Shown: positions 30,851 through 41,813 of the stretch, piece after piece
Numbering within the stretch: the first letter of the stretch is position 1
Layout of the letters: each line of letters starts with the position of its first letter
Assembly: GCA_963777505.1 (NCBI GenBank)
Contig: CAVZQN010000001.1
Location: 256,001-320,000, forward strand
DNA length: 64,000 nt
Origin: an uncultured bacterium
Lineage (GTDB): Bacteria > Acidobacteriota > HRBIN11 > JAKEFK01
Direction of reading: 5' to 3'
Translations under genes and position numbers: made by a program
The notes under the pieces: model-generated
The model's input: the letters and a program-made list of their open reading frames with translations, nothing else
Told to the model about the DNA's origin: nothing
Databases searched by the model: none

Positions 30851-32041
30851 CTAATGGCCGTGCTCATCTGAACCAATTTCTGCTTTCAAGAATTCGGACT
30901 TCAATGAAAAACTTCCATCGGTTACTAATGTTTCGCCTACTTTCAAGCCGGAAAGGACTTCAATCTCAGACTCCTTCTTTTCACCCGTTTCAATATTTCT
31001 TATAACAAAGTGATGTTCATCACTCCTGACAAACACTACAGGCTTGTGGTCAATTTCCTGGACCGCAATAGCTGGAATCAACAAAGCCTGGCGTGTTTGT
31101 GAAGTTGGTATCATTACATGAACAAACATTTCCAGTTTTAATCGTGTATTTGGATTTGCAACTTCACATCGAACCTTGACTGTTCTTGTAGAAACATCAA
31201 GCATGTCACCGATCTTTGTAATGGTCCCTGAGAAAATTTCATTCGGATACGCATCGGACCGAATCTCGGTTTTTTGATTGGGCCTCACCAGAGTCAGGTC
31301 CGTTTCATGCACATTTGCTTCGACCCAAATACGTGACAGATCAGCGATTGTCAATAATTCCCTCTCCGGATCGACAACTTCACCAGTTGCCGCATCGAAA
31401 TGGATGAGAACTCCATTTGCAGGAGAGCGTAGAATGCTAACAGGTAACTTTGAGGATTCTGTACTCGCAGATTCCCTCAACTGGGAAGGCACGATATTGT
31501 AACGTTGAAGCTTGAATTCTATATTCTGAATTTGAGCGAGTGAATTTTGGTGATCTGCTTTCCGTTTTTCATATTCAGAACGTGGTAACGCCCCAATTGA
31601 AGAAAGATGCTCGGCTCTTTTGAGTGCTTGTTCCGAAACTGAAGCGCTTGCATGAGCCTTTACATAATCGTTCTGTAATTCTCCCAGCTCAACATAATCG
31701 AATGCGATCAAAGACTGACCTTTCGTCACAGCACTTCCCGGAGTTACAAAAATCCTATCGATTCTTCCATTTGCCAGCGGACGGAGGTGAAAAACTCGTG
31801 ATTCGTCAGAAACAACTTTTCCACTTGCACGAAGTAAATTCGTAATCTGACCTTCACGAACTTTCTCAAACTTTAGACCCGCCTTTTGCTGGGCCTCTGT
31901 TGTAATTTCTAGAATCCCAGCTTCATCGTGATGTTCTTCTTCTTCATGCTTCGTACTTTTTTCCTGACTGCTACATGCATAAACCGTTAAACAAAGAATC
32001 GCGAGAAAGCACAAAAATACTTGTCTGAGGCTGTAACTCAT
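30851..32041 (-). CDS. czcB: CzcB/CusB membrane fusion protein
   Basis: His/Glu-rich N-terminus, ADLSRIWVEA, TRTVKVR; position in the operon. Confidence 0.9.
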   Translation of the reverse strand: MSYSLRQVFLCFLAILCLTVYACSSQEKSTKHEEEEHHDEAGILEITTEAQQKAGLKFEKVREGQITNLLRASGKVVSDESRVFHLRPLANGRIDRIFVTPGSAVTKGQSLIAFDYVELGELQNDYVKAHASASVSEQALKRAEHLSSIGALPRSEYEKRKADHQNSLAQIQNIEFKLQRYNIVPSQLRESASTESSKLPVSILRSPANGVLIHFDAATGEVVDPERELLTIADLSRIWVEANVHETDLTLVRPNQKTEIRSDAYPNEIFSGTITKIGDMLDVSTRTVKVRCEVANPNTRLKLEMFVHVMIPTSQTRQALLIPAIAVQEIDHKPVVFVRSDEHHFVIRNIETGEKKESEIEVLSGLKVGETLVTDGSFSLKSEFLKAEIGSDEHGH

Positions 32042-33342
32042 AAGTCCTCCGTCTGCTTTAATCCCGATCCAGTTAGAAATTCGAGCTCTGCGGCAGCTAG
32101 AAAGTAATCCTTTGCGGCAGCAATATATGCCTTTTGAATTTCGAGAGTACGTTTTTGCTCATTGATCCAATCCAAAAAACGAAGTTCACCGGCCTCAAAC
32201 GAAATACGCATGATTTCCATCTGTTTTTCTGATTGTTTGATGATCGAGTCCTTATAGAGTCCGTAGGTCTGTCTGGCTATTTCATACTTTCGAAATGCCA
32301 GCTCAACTTCATGTTCAATAGTTTTTTCCAGCAGTTTTGTTCTGAGCCTTGATTGATCCAAACGTGCTACGGCAGCAGATGTATTTCCTTGATTTTTAGA
32401 AAAAGGGAGTTCGAAGGTTATCCCGGTTGAAATAATTTGATCCGAATCCTTTATAGGAACAAGAGCGTTATTCGCGCTGATACCAAATGCATCAAACTGA
32501 CTTTTTTCATTCGAGTATGCGAGGAAGACATCGAGGTCCGGTACACCTTCAGCTTTCGCTAATGAAACGGCAGCTTCTGCTTGTTGATATTCAAACTTGG
32601 AAATCAGCAGTTGTGGATTTTTTTCCTTAACGTTGCTTAGGATGGCGGTCAAATCAATATTTTGTACAGGAATATCTTCAAGGAATGATCCTCCTACGGA
32701 TTGTTCTTCATGAAGCCCTGCTATTATTTTTAGCTTGGAGATTGTCGCGGACAATTGTGCCGTTAGAGTTGCTTGTTCCAGCTCAAGCCGGCTCAGTTCG
32801 ATTTCGCTCAAATCCTTTTCGACAGCGGCAGCTTCACCTAAATTTACTTTTTCAACTGTAAACTCATGAAGCTTTCGGTGTGCATCAACTGACCGGCTTG
32901 TTGCTTTCAACAGTTCCTGATTTGAAAGAACATCAGCGTAAGTCTTTTTAACTTCCAATATGAGGTTTCTTTTGCGGTCTTGTAGTTGCTGCTTCGCAAT
33001 AAGCAAACCAATCTCGGCAACTGTTAAGCGTCTTCCGCGTTTTTTCCCAAGTTCGATTGTGTGAACGTACGCAACAGACCATTCTTGATCGCCGGATTCA
33101 CCCAGGATCGATGAAGTTCCAAATGATGTTTGAATCTCGGGATTAGGACGCAATCCAGCCTGACGCAATAAACCATCAGCTTCTTGTATGCCGCTTTCAC
33201 TGGCTTGAATTTCCGGATGAGTAATTAACGAGCTCTCAACGATGCTGGCCAAACTCAGTGTTGATGAATCATCAGCATTAGTCTGGGCCAGAACAAAAGA
33301 GCTCGATAGTACAAAACAAAACAATAGAAATAGAAAACGCAT
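32038..33342 (-). CDS. czcC: TolC/CzcC outer membrane efflux protein
   Basis: QAGLRPNPE, IELGKKRGRR, OEP helices; position in the operon. Confidence 0.88.
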   Translation of the reverse strand: MRFLFLLFCFVLSSSFVLAQTNADDSSTLSLASIVESSLITHPEIQASESGIQEADGLLRQAGLRPNPEIQTSFGTSSILGESGDQEWSVAYVHTIELGKKRGRRLTVAEIGLLIAKQQLQDRKRNLILEVKKTYADVLSNQELLKATSRSVDAHRKLHEFTVEKVNLGEAAAVEKDLSEIELSRLELEQATLTAQLSATISKLKIIAGLHEEQSVGGSFLEDIPVQNIDLTAILSNVKEKNPQLLISKFEYQQAEAAVSLAKAEGVPDLDVFLAYSNEKSQFDAFGISANNALVPIKDSDQIISTGITFELPFSKNQGNTSAAVARLDQSRLRTKLLEKTIEHEVELAFRKYEIARQTYGLYKDSIIKQSEKQMEIMRISFEAGELRFLDWINEQKRTLEIQKAYIAAAKDYFLAAAELEFLTGSGLKQTEDL

Positions 33343-33409
33343 AGATAGTCCTTAGTTGAAAACTCATGCAAAGAGTTATTTAAGAATCTGGCAGAAAAAA
33401 CGAATCGAG

Positions 33410-33685
33410 CTAGAGACTAGTTTTTGGTGGGTGGTATATTGTGGACTGATACGAAAGCGTAATAGTTTTTACATTCTTATTCGGCATTTGCTGACAGCTA
33501 TCTTCAACCGCAAAATTGAAATACTGTTCCACTCTGATATGGCTGCAACAGCAAAAGCAACTCGCGTCATCTTCACTACTCGCACTTACTTCGTCGCCGC
33601 AGCACACACCTGCAAAACTGATATCAGCAAACGCGAAAAGAGTAAAAAATAGGGCCAAAAACAGACGAACCCATCGTTTTCGCAT
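33410..33685 (-). CDS. Small exported Cys-rich metal-binding protein (CzcI/DUF2946-like)
   Basis: Signal peptide, CC...CFCCCSH, C-terminal IYHPPK; first gene of the czc operon. Confidence 0.7.
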   Translation of the reverse strand: MRKRWVRLFLALFFTLFAFADISFAGVCCGDEVSASSEDDASCFCCCSHIRVEQYFNFAVEDSCQQMPNKNVKTITLSYQSTIYHPPKTSL

Positions 33686-33750
33686 CGCTAAGACTATAAT
33701 CCCTCATCAAATGAAGATCAAATAAGTAACTCGGCGTGAAAAAGCTGAAC

Positions 33751-35740
33751 TTAATTGGTTGGCGCTCTGTCAGACTTTCCCTGAAGATAGTGGCCATACC
33801 AGGCGAGATATCTTTCGTAAAGATCCTTTACGTAATATGGTGAATCAATTCCGTGATTCTCACCCGGATAAACAATCAGCATTGTATCGACATTCAATCG
33901 CCGAAGAGCTTGATACATTTGTTCCGAATGGATCAAAGGAACATTCCAATCTTCCTGGCCGCACAAAAATAATGTAGGTGTCTTTACATTTTCAACTTGA
34001 AAAAACGGTGAAAGTTTTCGCCAGTGATCAAAATTGCGCCAGGGCAACTCAAGCTCTTTCTCCCAGGCGTGTTGCCATTCATCTGTTCCGTAACCAGCAA
34101 AATGATTCGCAATACCCGCACCTGAAGTAGCTGCTTTAAAACGATCAGTTTTTGTAATCACTGTATCGGTTTGCATCCCGCCATAACTCCATCCACCTAC
34201 TCCCATTTTTTCAGGATCGATGAAGCCTTTTGACACAATGTAATCGACACCGGACATCAAGTCTTCATAGTCCTTAATTCCCCAGGCAGACCAGATCACT
34301 CTTGCGAATTCCTCACCATAACCAGTAGATCCGCGTGGATTCAAACCAGCGACGACATATCCGTTCGCAGCAAACAATTGCCAATCATAATAAAAGCCTT
34401 CATTGTATTGATCGTTTGGTCCGCCATGAATTCTCAGTATGAATGGATATTTTTTTGAAGGATCAAAATCGGGCGGAAAAGTCAGAAAGCCTTCGATAGG
34501 AATGCCTTCATTATTCTTGAATTGAATCCGCTCTGTTTTTCCAAATTCTACAGATTGCAGCAGCTTCGCATTCGTCTGCGTCATCTGTTTGGATCCTTCA
34601 TTTTGATTCCAGATAAAAAGTTCCGATGGAAAGTCTGAACGCTCGGAAAGAAATGCGATAGAACCGCCTGGCCCGGCATCAAATTCTGTAACGACATTAA
34701 CTGAGAGTACATCTCGATTCACTAACCCGCCTTCAACAGGCACGCTGGCTAGACGATGAGTTCCGTGATCTTCCAACAGGAAATAAATAAGACGGCTGTC
34801 GCTGGCTGAACGCAATGTTGAATACATTTCGATCTAATTCACGGGTGAGAATTTTTGGCGTACCGCCTTCGGAGGAAATCACAGCAACTTCCAGAGTGTC
34901 GTACCAGATGATGTCCGGCTGGACCGATGTTGAATAGACAATCCATTTTCCATCCGGACTCCATGAAGGCGTTTCATCCGGCCCTTCATTTGTTGTTAAC
35001 TTTTTCAATTCTCCGCCATCGCTTGAAACGATAAATAAATCCGTATTCGTATTCGTGTCAGGATCTTTGGTCCGATTACTGACAAAGAGAATTGTTTTTC
35101 CATCAGGACTCCACCTTGGTGAAGAATCATCGAATGCTCCTGAGGTAATTTGCTTCAACTTACCTGTACTCAGATCAAGTGTGTACAGATGTGAACGCAG
35201 ATCATTTAAATATCCTGTGCCATCCCGTTTCGTCTGTCTGCGTGTAACGACAATCGGTTTTTCGAATCCTAATACTTCTGATTGATCTGCATCCGTCAAG
35301 ATCAATGCGAGCTTATTTCCATCCGGTGACCATTCGAATTCATCAATGCCCTGCTTGATGTCTGTGAGCTTGCGGGCCTCGCCACCACCAAGGCTTAATT
35401 CGAAAACCTGCGATTCTTCGTTCTCACGCGAGGACAAGAAGGTAATACTGTTTCTATTTGGATGCCATCTTGGTGTTGAGTCTCTTTTTGGATAACTTGT
35501 AAGTTGGATTGGCGCTCCTCCACCCGATGGAACCATCCATAGATCCTGATTCTTTCGATTTTTTTTGACATCGAATTGTGTTGCTTCGTATGCAACCCAT
35601 TTTCCATCAGGGGATACTTGTGGAGAAGACAACTGTTGAATCGAAAAATAGTCATCAACAGTCAGGCGGCGCCGTGATTCAGAATAAGCGGACTGTAAAC
35701 TCACGCAAACCAAAAGAGCTGAAAGCAAGATCTTGTTCAT
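33751..35740 (-). CDS. S9 family acylaminoacyl peptidase (frameshift near 34805)
   Basis: PD40/WSPDG propeller plus IHGGP, GWSYGG, DWNVP and GENHG catalytic motifs. Confidence 0.92.
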
Positions 35741-35815
35741 ATGTGCCAATAGCATGCCATGACACAAATCGGAATGGAAGATTCCAAAATAAATACAGGT
35801 TATGATCGTATCGTT

Positions 35816-37168
35816 ATGAAAATCCAACCAACTCTAATGATTTTGGTTTTAATTCTATTTTCTGTCACTGCTCAAAGCTTCGGTGAAAGTGCAATTGCGA
35901 TTACACATGTAACTCTTATTGATGGGACCGGCTCACAACCTAAAAAGGATGTCACTGTAGTCATATCAAATAAGCGCATCATTGCAATCGAACGTTCAGG
36001 CAGTTCACAAATACCGCAAAATGCAGAAATCATCGATGGCACAGGGAAGTTTATAATTCCGGGATTGTGGGATATGCATGCACATCTTACCAACTACACG
36101 GAACTGGCATGTCCTGCGCTTGTGGCTAATGGTGTAACAGGGATTCGCGATGCAGGCGGCGATCTTGAGTTGATCGATTTAATCAAAGAACGGATTGCAT
36201 CTGGAAAAATTGTTGGACCTCAAATTTATCGCGCAGGTCCATTTGTGGATGGTTCAAAGCCTGGTGTCCCTGATCGTCTTGTTGTTTGGAACTCTGATGA
36301 TGCCCGTGATGCTGTTCATTTTTTGAAAAAGCGGGGTGTGGATTTCATTAAGACTCACACTGGAACGCCATCGGAAGCTTATTTCGCGCTTATTGAAGAA
36401 TCACAAAAGCAAAATCTTAAAGTGATCGGCCACATTCCATCGGAAGTAGATCCGGCTAAAGCAGTGGAGGCAGGACAACATAGCATTGAACATGTTGTTA
36501 CACTTTTTGAAGGTCCATTTCAAAAGGTGGTAAAAAGCGGCAAGTCACAGGAGCAAGCAATGGCGGAATTTAGCGATGAATACTTTCGATCGCTTGCACG
36601 CCTTATGGTTTCTAAACGCACATGGTTCGACCCCACGTTGATTGCTTATTGGAATCGTTCTTTTCAATGGGACGTCAGAGCGCGAAAAGATCCACGCGAT
36701 CAATATATTACTGCTTCGGCAAAAGAATTCTGGAAAGTTTTTCCCGATCTTCCAGAGGAAAGAAAAGAACTCTTAGCAAAGGCATACAAACGTTTCAACG
36801 AAATAACGATGATCATGCATAGCGAAGGAGTTCGTTTCCTTGTGGGAACTGACCTTGGAGCTAAATATTCACTACCTGGCTTTAACGTGCATGATGAATT
36901 GGATCTGTTGGTAAAGGCTGGCCTCACGCCAGGTGAAACGCTGGTGGCAGCAACGCGTAATTGTGCCGAATCGCTGGGTATCCTGGATCGTACAGGAACA
37001 ATTGAAACCGGAAAATCGGCCGATCTCGTTTTACTCGATGCCGATCCGCTGGCCGATATCACTAATACCAAAAAAATTTCCGCTGTAATTCGAGATGGCA
37101 AAGTATTCAAGCGCGCGGATCTGGACGAATTGCTGAAACAAGTTGCCGCAAATGCACCAACACATTAA
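35816..37168 (+). CDS. Amidohydrolase family protein
   Basis: PGLWDMHAH, GVDFIK, SIEH, GTD, GTIETGKSADLVLLD. Confidence 0.9.
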   Translation: MKIQPTLMILVLILFSVTAQSFGESAIAITHVTLIDGTGSQPKKDVTVVISNKRIIAIERSGSSQIPQNAEIIDGTGKFIIPGLWDMHAHLTNYTELACPALVANGVTGIRDAGGDLELIDLIKERIASGKIVGPQIYRAGPFVDGSKPGVPDRLVVWNSDDARDAVHFLKKRGVDFIKTHTGTPSEAYFALIEESQKQNLKVIGHIPSEVDPAKAVEAGQHSIEHVVTLFEGPFQKVVKSGKSQEQAMAEFSDEYFRSLARLMVSKRTWFDPTLIAYWNRSFQWDVRARKDPRDQYITASAKEFWKVFPDLPEERKELLAKAYKRFNEITMIMHSEGVRFLVGTDLGAKYSLPGFNVHDELDLLVKAGLTPGETLVAATRNCAESLGILDRTGTIETGKSADLVLLDADPLADITNTKKISAVIRDGKVFKRADLDELLKQVAANAPTH

Positions 37169-37213
37169 GTTAAATATGATTAATTTTTGAATTTTTTATC
37201 GCCTGACAGGACA

Positions 37214-37552
37214 ATGCATTTCAAGACTAAGTTACCAGAATTTCACGATGAAGTTGCATCATTACTCGAACGGATCCAGAGAAATGATCTGCGAAGTCAG
37301 CTTCCATATTTAGAAATTGATCAACGCTGTCCATGTACCGACTTTGGATGTGCAAGCTTTACAGTTTCCGGAAGTTCAATATCTGATCGATTCGAATCAC
37401 CGGGAGAACGACGACGAATGACCTTCACGAAGAAGCTGGATATAAAATCTGACCGGGGAAAAATCGTTTTGAATTTGGATCAATTAGGAAGAATCACAGG
37501 CTTTGAAGTTTTGAACCGCAATGACGTCCGCCGGCAGTTATTCAAGCGCTAA
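37214..37552 (+). CDS. Hypothetical protein with CxCxxxxC motif
   Basis: RCPCTDFGCASF...GRITGFEVL. Confidence 0.6.
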   Translation: MHFKTKLPEFHDEVASLLERIQRNDLRSQLPYLEIDQRCPCTDFGCASFTVSGSSISDRFESPGERRRMTFTKKLDIKSDRGKIVLNLDQLGRITGFEVLNRNDVRRQLFKR

Positions 37553-37562
37553 TCCATCCGCT

Positions 37563-37620
37563 GAAAAAAAAGCAACAGAGAGCCTCCGATCGCAAAGTGC
37601 GACCGGAAGACTCCCTGTGC
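37563..37620 (-). terminator. Probable terminator after the M36 gene
   Basis: Imperfect long hairpin followed by a T-run on the minus strand (A-run at 37564-37571). Confidence 0.5.
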
Positions 37621-37646
37621 TGAGTATGCAGCGAGATTGTTCCTAT

Positions 37647-40600
37647 TTACGGCAAAACTGTTGTAACCGCTGCTGCTGGCGTAGCTACAGTCAAATCCGC
37701 TGAATAGTCCGCTTGATTTGTAATGATCGTTGTCGGAAGAACAGTCGGTTTGATCTGTGCCTGGACCTTTAATGTTCCAGTAAAGCCAACATTCACCGTT
37801 CCGAGATTCCAGGTTACGGTGCGAGTTACCGCATTATAAGTTCCGCCATTGGTTGCTGAAATAAAATTCAATTCTGCAGGCAATACATCTGTAACTTTTG
37901 CATTGGATGATGCAAAAGGTCCTGCATTCGAATACGTAAGCGTGTACTCAATGGTCGTTCCGCGTGATGCAGTTGCTGGCGCAGTCATAGTGAACGTAAC
38001 AATCGGGTCCATCGGCGGCGCGCTTGCTGCTGCACCGAAAACCTGAAATTCTGCAGCCCGTACATCGTTATCGGCCGGTGGAAGCATTACGCCACCGTCA
38101 CCAACTCTGCAATCCGTTGAAAAAAATGGATCGTTGTCTTGTTCGCCCTGGAATGCTGTTTGTCCTGTGCACTGATTGTTTGCAACCCGGAATTGTACGT
38201 GAGTTGCTTGCGTATCTGGAACATCGAATTCGCGCAAAATCAAATCAGGTGCTGCTGGTCTCGGCACAGAGGCTGGAAATGCATTCGCAGGACTTGTATA
38301 GATGAGAGTAAATCCCGCTGGAATTGTGCCCACACATGTTGGATTGGAAATGTTTCCAACTTTGCATGTCAGTACTTGAAACTGGCGCAATGCTGTGAAT
38401 CTTCCGCCTTCATCCGGATCAAGCATGGCGCTGACTTGAACTCTTTTTATGGTTTGCAATCCACCTGCAAGTGCAATCGTAACTTGATCGCCAACCGCAT
38501 CATCAGGAACATCACCTGTGGTCGATGACCATACTGTGTCTTCAGTATCGTCAATCAGATTATTTAGCGATGTCACTCCGTCACCAGCGGCTACAGCTCC
38601 GTTATTCACGGAAGCCAAATTTTTCGCCATCTTTACTGTGAGTGTGTACGTATTTCCCGCGCCTCCGGACCATGCATTTCTTGGGAAACGAAGATGACCA
38701 TAACCAGGCGCTTGAATCAGGAAATCGTAAAAATAATTCGTGACCAACCAAACTGTTCCGGTCATTCCGGTAGCATCTGAAGTTGCAACAGGAGTTGTGC
38801 GTGCTTCATAATGTCCGACAAATACTTTTGCGTTGGGAATCGCAGTGACTCCATTGGAATCAACAATCTTAAATTTGAATCCGATTTCTGCTTCATTCGG
38901 AGATTCGAAAGATGCTTTTGGATCCACATCATCGGGGCTCGCTGTAGAAGCATTGATCCCCATACCGCGCCGGGCAAATACACGCCACAATTCGGTTTGG
39001 TTTGCACTTCCAAAGCGCATCAAATCCGCAGCAAGATAGGCATCGCGTGCTGAAAGAAAATCCACATCAGATGACATCAGCAAGAATGCATCAAACATGA
39101 TTTGAATCCATCTGCGATTTCCGGGACACTGATTTGCAGGCAATTTTCCGTTTGCACAATCACGCTGCAAGGCTTTGTTTGATTCGGGATAGGAGCCGTT
39201 GTATTTGGTGACTAGAGCCTTGCGAATGTCATAGTTGGTTGCACTCCAAATTTCACCGTCGGCATGCCGCTGCGCATACAGAGTGCATGCTCCAAGATCG
39301 TCCTGTTCGCAAACGAAATCGTAGCCAACGTTGCTGTAGTTCAATGGATTGTTTGTTGTCAGCGGGCTTGTGGGAGCTAATACTTGCGGAGGCCCACTGT
39401 GGAACCCGGCAACCGCTACGTTACGACTCATGTTGTAATTGCGAATTCCGCGTTCCTTATTTCCTGTCGCATACGGTCCAACTGCAAACGGATTTTCGTT
39501 GCTCGTTGGAAATTCGTTTGGACCTCCAGGAATGTAATCTGAATATTCATTCACTATTTCCACTCCGGCCAGATCGCCCCACGATTCACCCATGGAAGCG
39601 CCTTGTTGGCTGAGAATGCCAGAGTCTGGTCCTCCGATCATGCGGTTTGAAATTGCGTGAGTGTATTCATGACCAATAACGGACATATCGAAATCGCCAT
39701 CAACGCATGGTGCGTAGAATGCGCCGGCGATCGGCTGCCACAAATACATGTTTGTGATTCCAGGAATTCCATCTTGCAATGTAATTTGATTTGCATTGTC
39801 TCTTCCCAGAAATGATGGATAACCGCCAACGAGCGCGCCTGCTTGAACATTCCCTGTCTCAGGATCTTGCTCGCCACCAAGTGGAAATGGACCTGGAGCA
39901 GTTAATCCGAAATTGTTCGTTTGCATGTTGAAATTCCGTTCGGTAAATCCTAAGAAGTACGACCAATCGTGCATTCTGTTATGTTCCGAAAACAGATTTG
40001 CGGTTGCAGCATCGACATCGTTTCCATTGGGTGGAACCAACGCTGCAGGATTGCATTTCTGGGTATTCCATTTGTTTTCCCATGGAAATAAATAATCGCG
40101 AGTCGGTGAAACCGGCCGGTAATTTTCTGCAGGAGTTAAAGGACTGGCCCACGCTTGCGAAGAACTTGCATTGTTTCCGATGGTTGTGTTTGTCGCTGCA
40201 TTTGCAGTGACACTGTGATCCCAGGGCACACGGGATGCTAAATTTTCAAGTGCAACATCGCAGTCGGAAGTATCTTTGTTTAAGTCGACACCCGATGTAA
40301 CCCAACATCCACGTGCACGGTTGTCAGTGGCAGACAAATCGAGTGGCGGATTTGCAGGAACGAAATCCCATTTTGGTGGAAAGAAGAATCCTTGTGCTCG
40401 CAACAGGACTTGAGGTGAATACGCCGCCATAGTTGTAAGGAGCAGTTTGAGGAACCGTACCAATGAACGGACAAACCTCAACGCTGAAATTTTCGGCAAC
40501 GGCAGTTGGAGGCGAAAGGGTTTGATTCACGACCGCTTCAGGACTGGTTGCTGTATCAATTGCTTGAAGAAGTATTCCTGTAGTGCAATCACCACGATAT

Positions 40601-41586
40601 AGTTTCAAAACAATGTCATTTGTTACGATTGCTGCGGATGCAACTACGTTAATACTCGCGGTCCCAATCGGTACTGCAAAAGTGTGGCATACGCCGCACG
40701 TATTTGGATTAACGTTGTAACTTCCATTAAATACATTGACGGAAGGTGTTCCGCCTCCAGACTGTTGTTGTTGTCGATTGGTTCGCAGAAGGATTTGGCC
40801 GGATTGGGCATCAACAAAAAATGTATAAGCCATCGAGATTCCGCCTTGAGAGTTCAATACGTTTGTTTCATAGGCGGGGCGTACTCCATTGCTAACTGTT
40901 GGAAAAGCAACAAGACGCGATCTCTGTGGGTGTGAAAAACCGAGAACATCAAAAACTGTCCAGCTATTTTCCTGGCGTGTCGCAGATATATTTGCAAGCG
41001 ATACAACCTGGCCGATGCTAGTTGCAGCATTCAACCATGCAGTAACAGGATCCAGAACCGCTCCTCCAGGAGCTGCTTGATCACCGGTGGCGGAAGAAGA
41101 AACATAAGCAATTTTTCCACCGGTTATGCCAACTGTAATGAGTCCATCCATTCCGGCTGGCAAAGTTCCATACTTCTGCCGGAAAATGACGGCATGGCCA
41201 TCATATCCAGCCATGAGTGAGTCATTCAAAAGTTCAAGCGAATTCGAGCTTGTATCTGACAAGCGAAACAGAGCCTTGTTAACGTTGATCCAGTTGCGAG
41301 CAGCAGTTACAGGACTGCCACTTAAACCGGTCGCAAGATAGCCACCATGTTTAATGAGTGACTTTGGAGTTCCAAATTTGTTCCATTGCGCTTTTGCACC
41401 AAGACTACTGACAATTCCAATTTGCTGCGATGTCGGCGCAATTGATTCCGATCGTGAATCGAAATCAGGCAAAGCGTTGTGAACATCGATGACCTTAGCA
41501 GCGCTCCATACATTTGCGCAAAACATTAAGACAAAAAGCAGTGTGATGATCGAACGGTAGGTTCTAGTGCCTCTGTTACCTGACAT
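37647..41586 (-). CDS. M36 (fungalysin) metallopeptidase with C-terminal DUF11-like domain (frameshift near 40395)
   Basis: FTP/PepSY-like propeptide, GFTERNFNMQ, NANQITLQDG, HEYTHAISNR, ESWGD, HADGEIW. Confidence 0.9.
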
Positions 41587-41813
41587 TGAATTTCCTCCAA
41601 TTTTCTCAGGAGGCTTCCGAAATGCCGTTTTGAACAACCTCGCGAGCATTTTCTTTGAAGCTCAGCCTTTCAATTCCAATGTACTTTGCGCAGGGATCTG
41701 AACCAATGAGGGAAACACCCTAAAGATGGAGGAAAAGGACCTCAATTTGATTTGAGATAGCAGATTTCAGATAGGAGATTGAAATTGGAGGATTGAAGAT
41801 TGAAAAATTTGGA

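Noticed and set aside
41745-41810. Degenerate GATTGAA-type heptamer run as a regulatory RNA
   Set aside because: Low-complexity intergenic repeat with no supportable structure.
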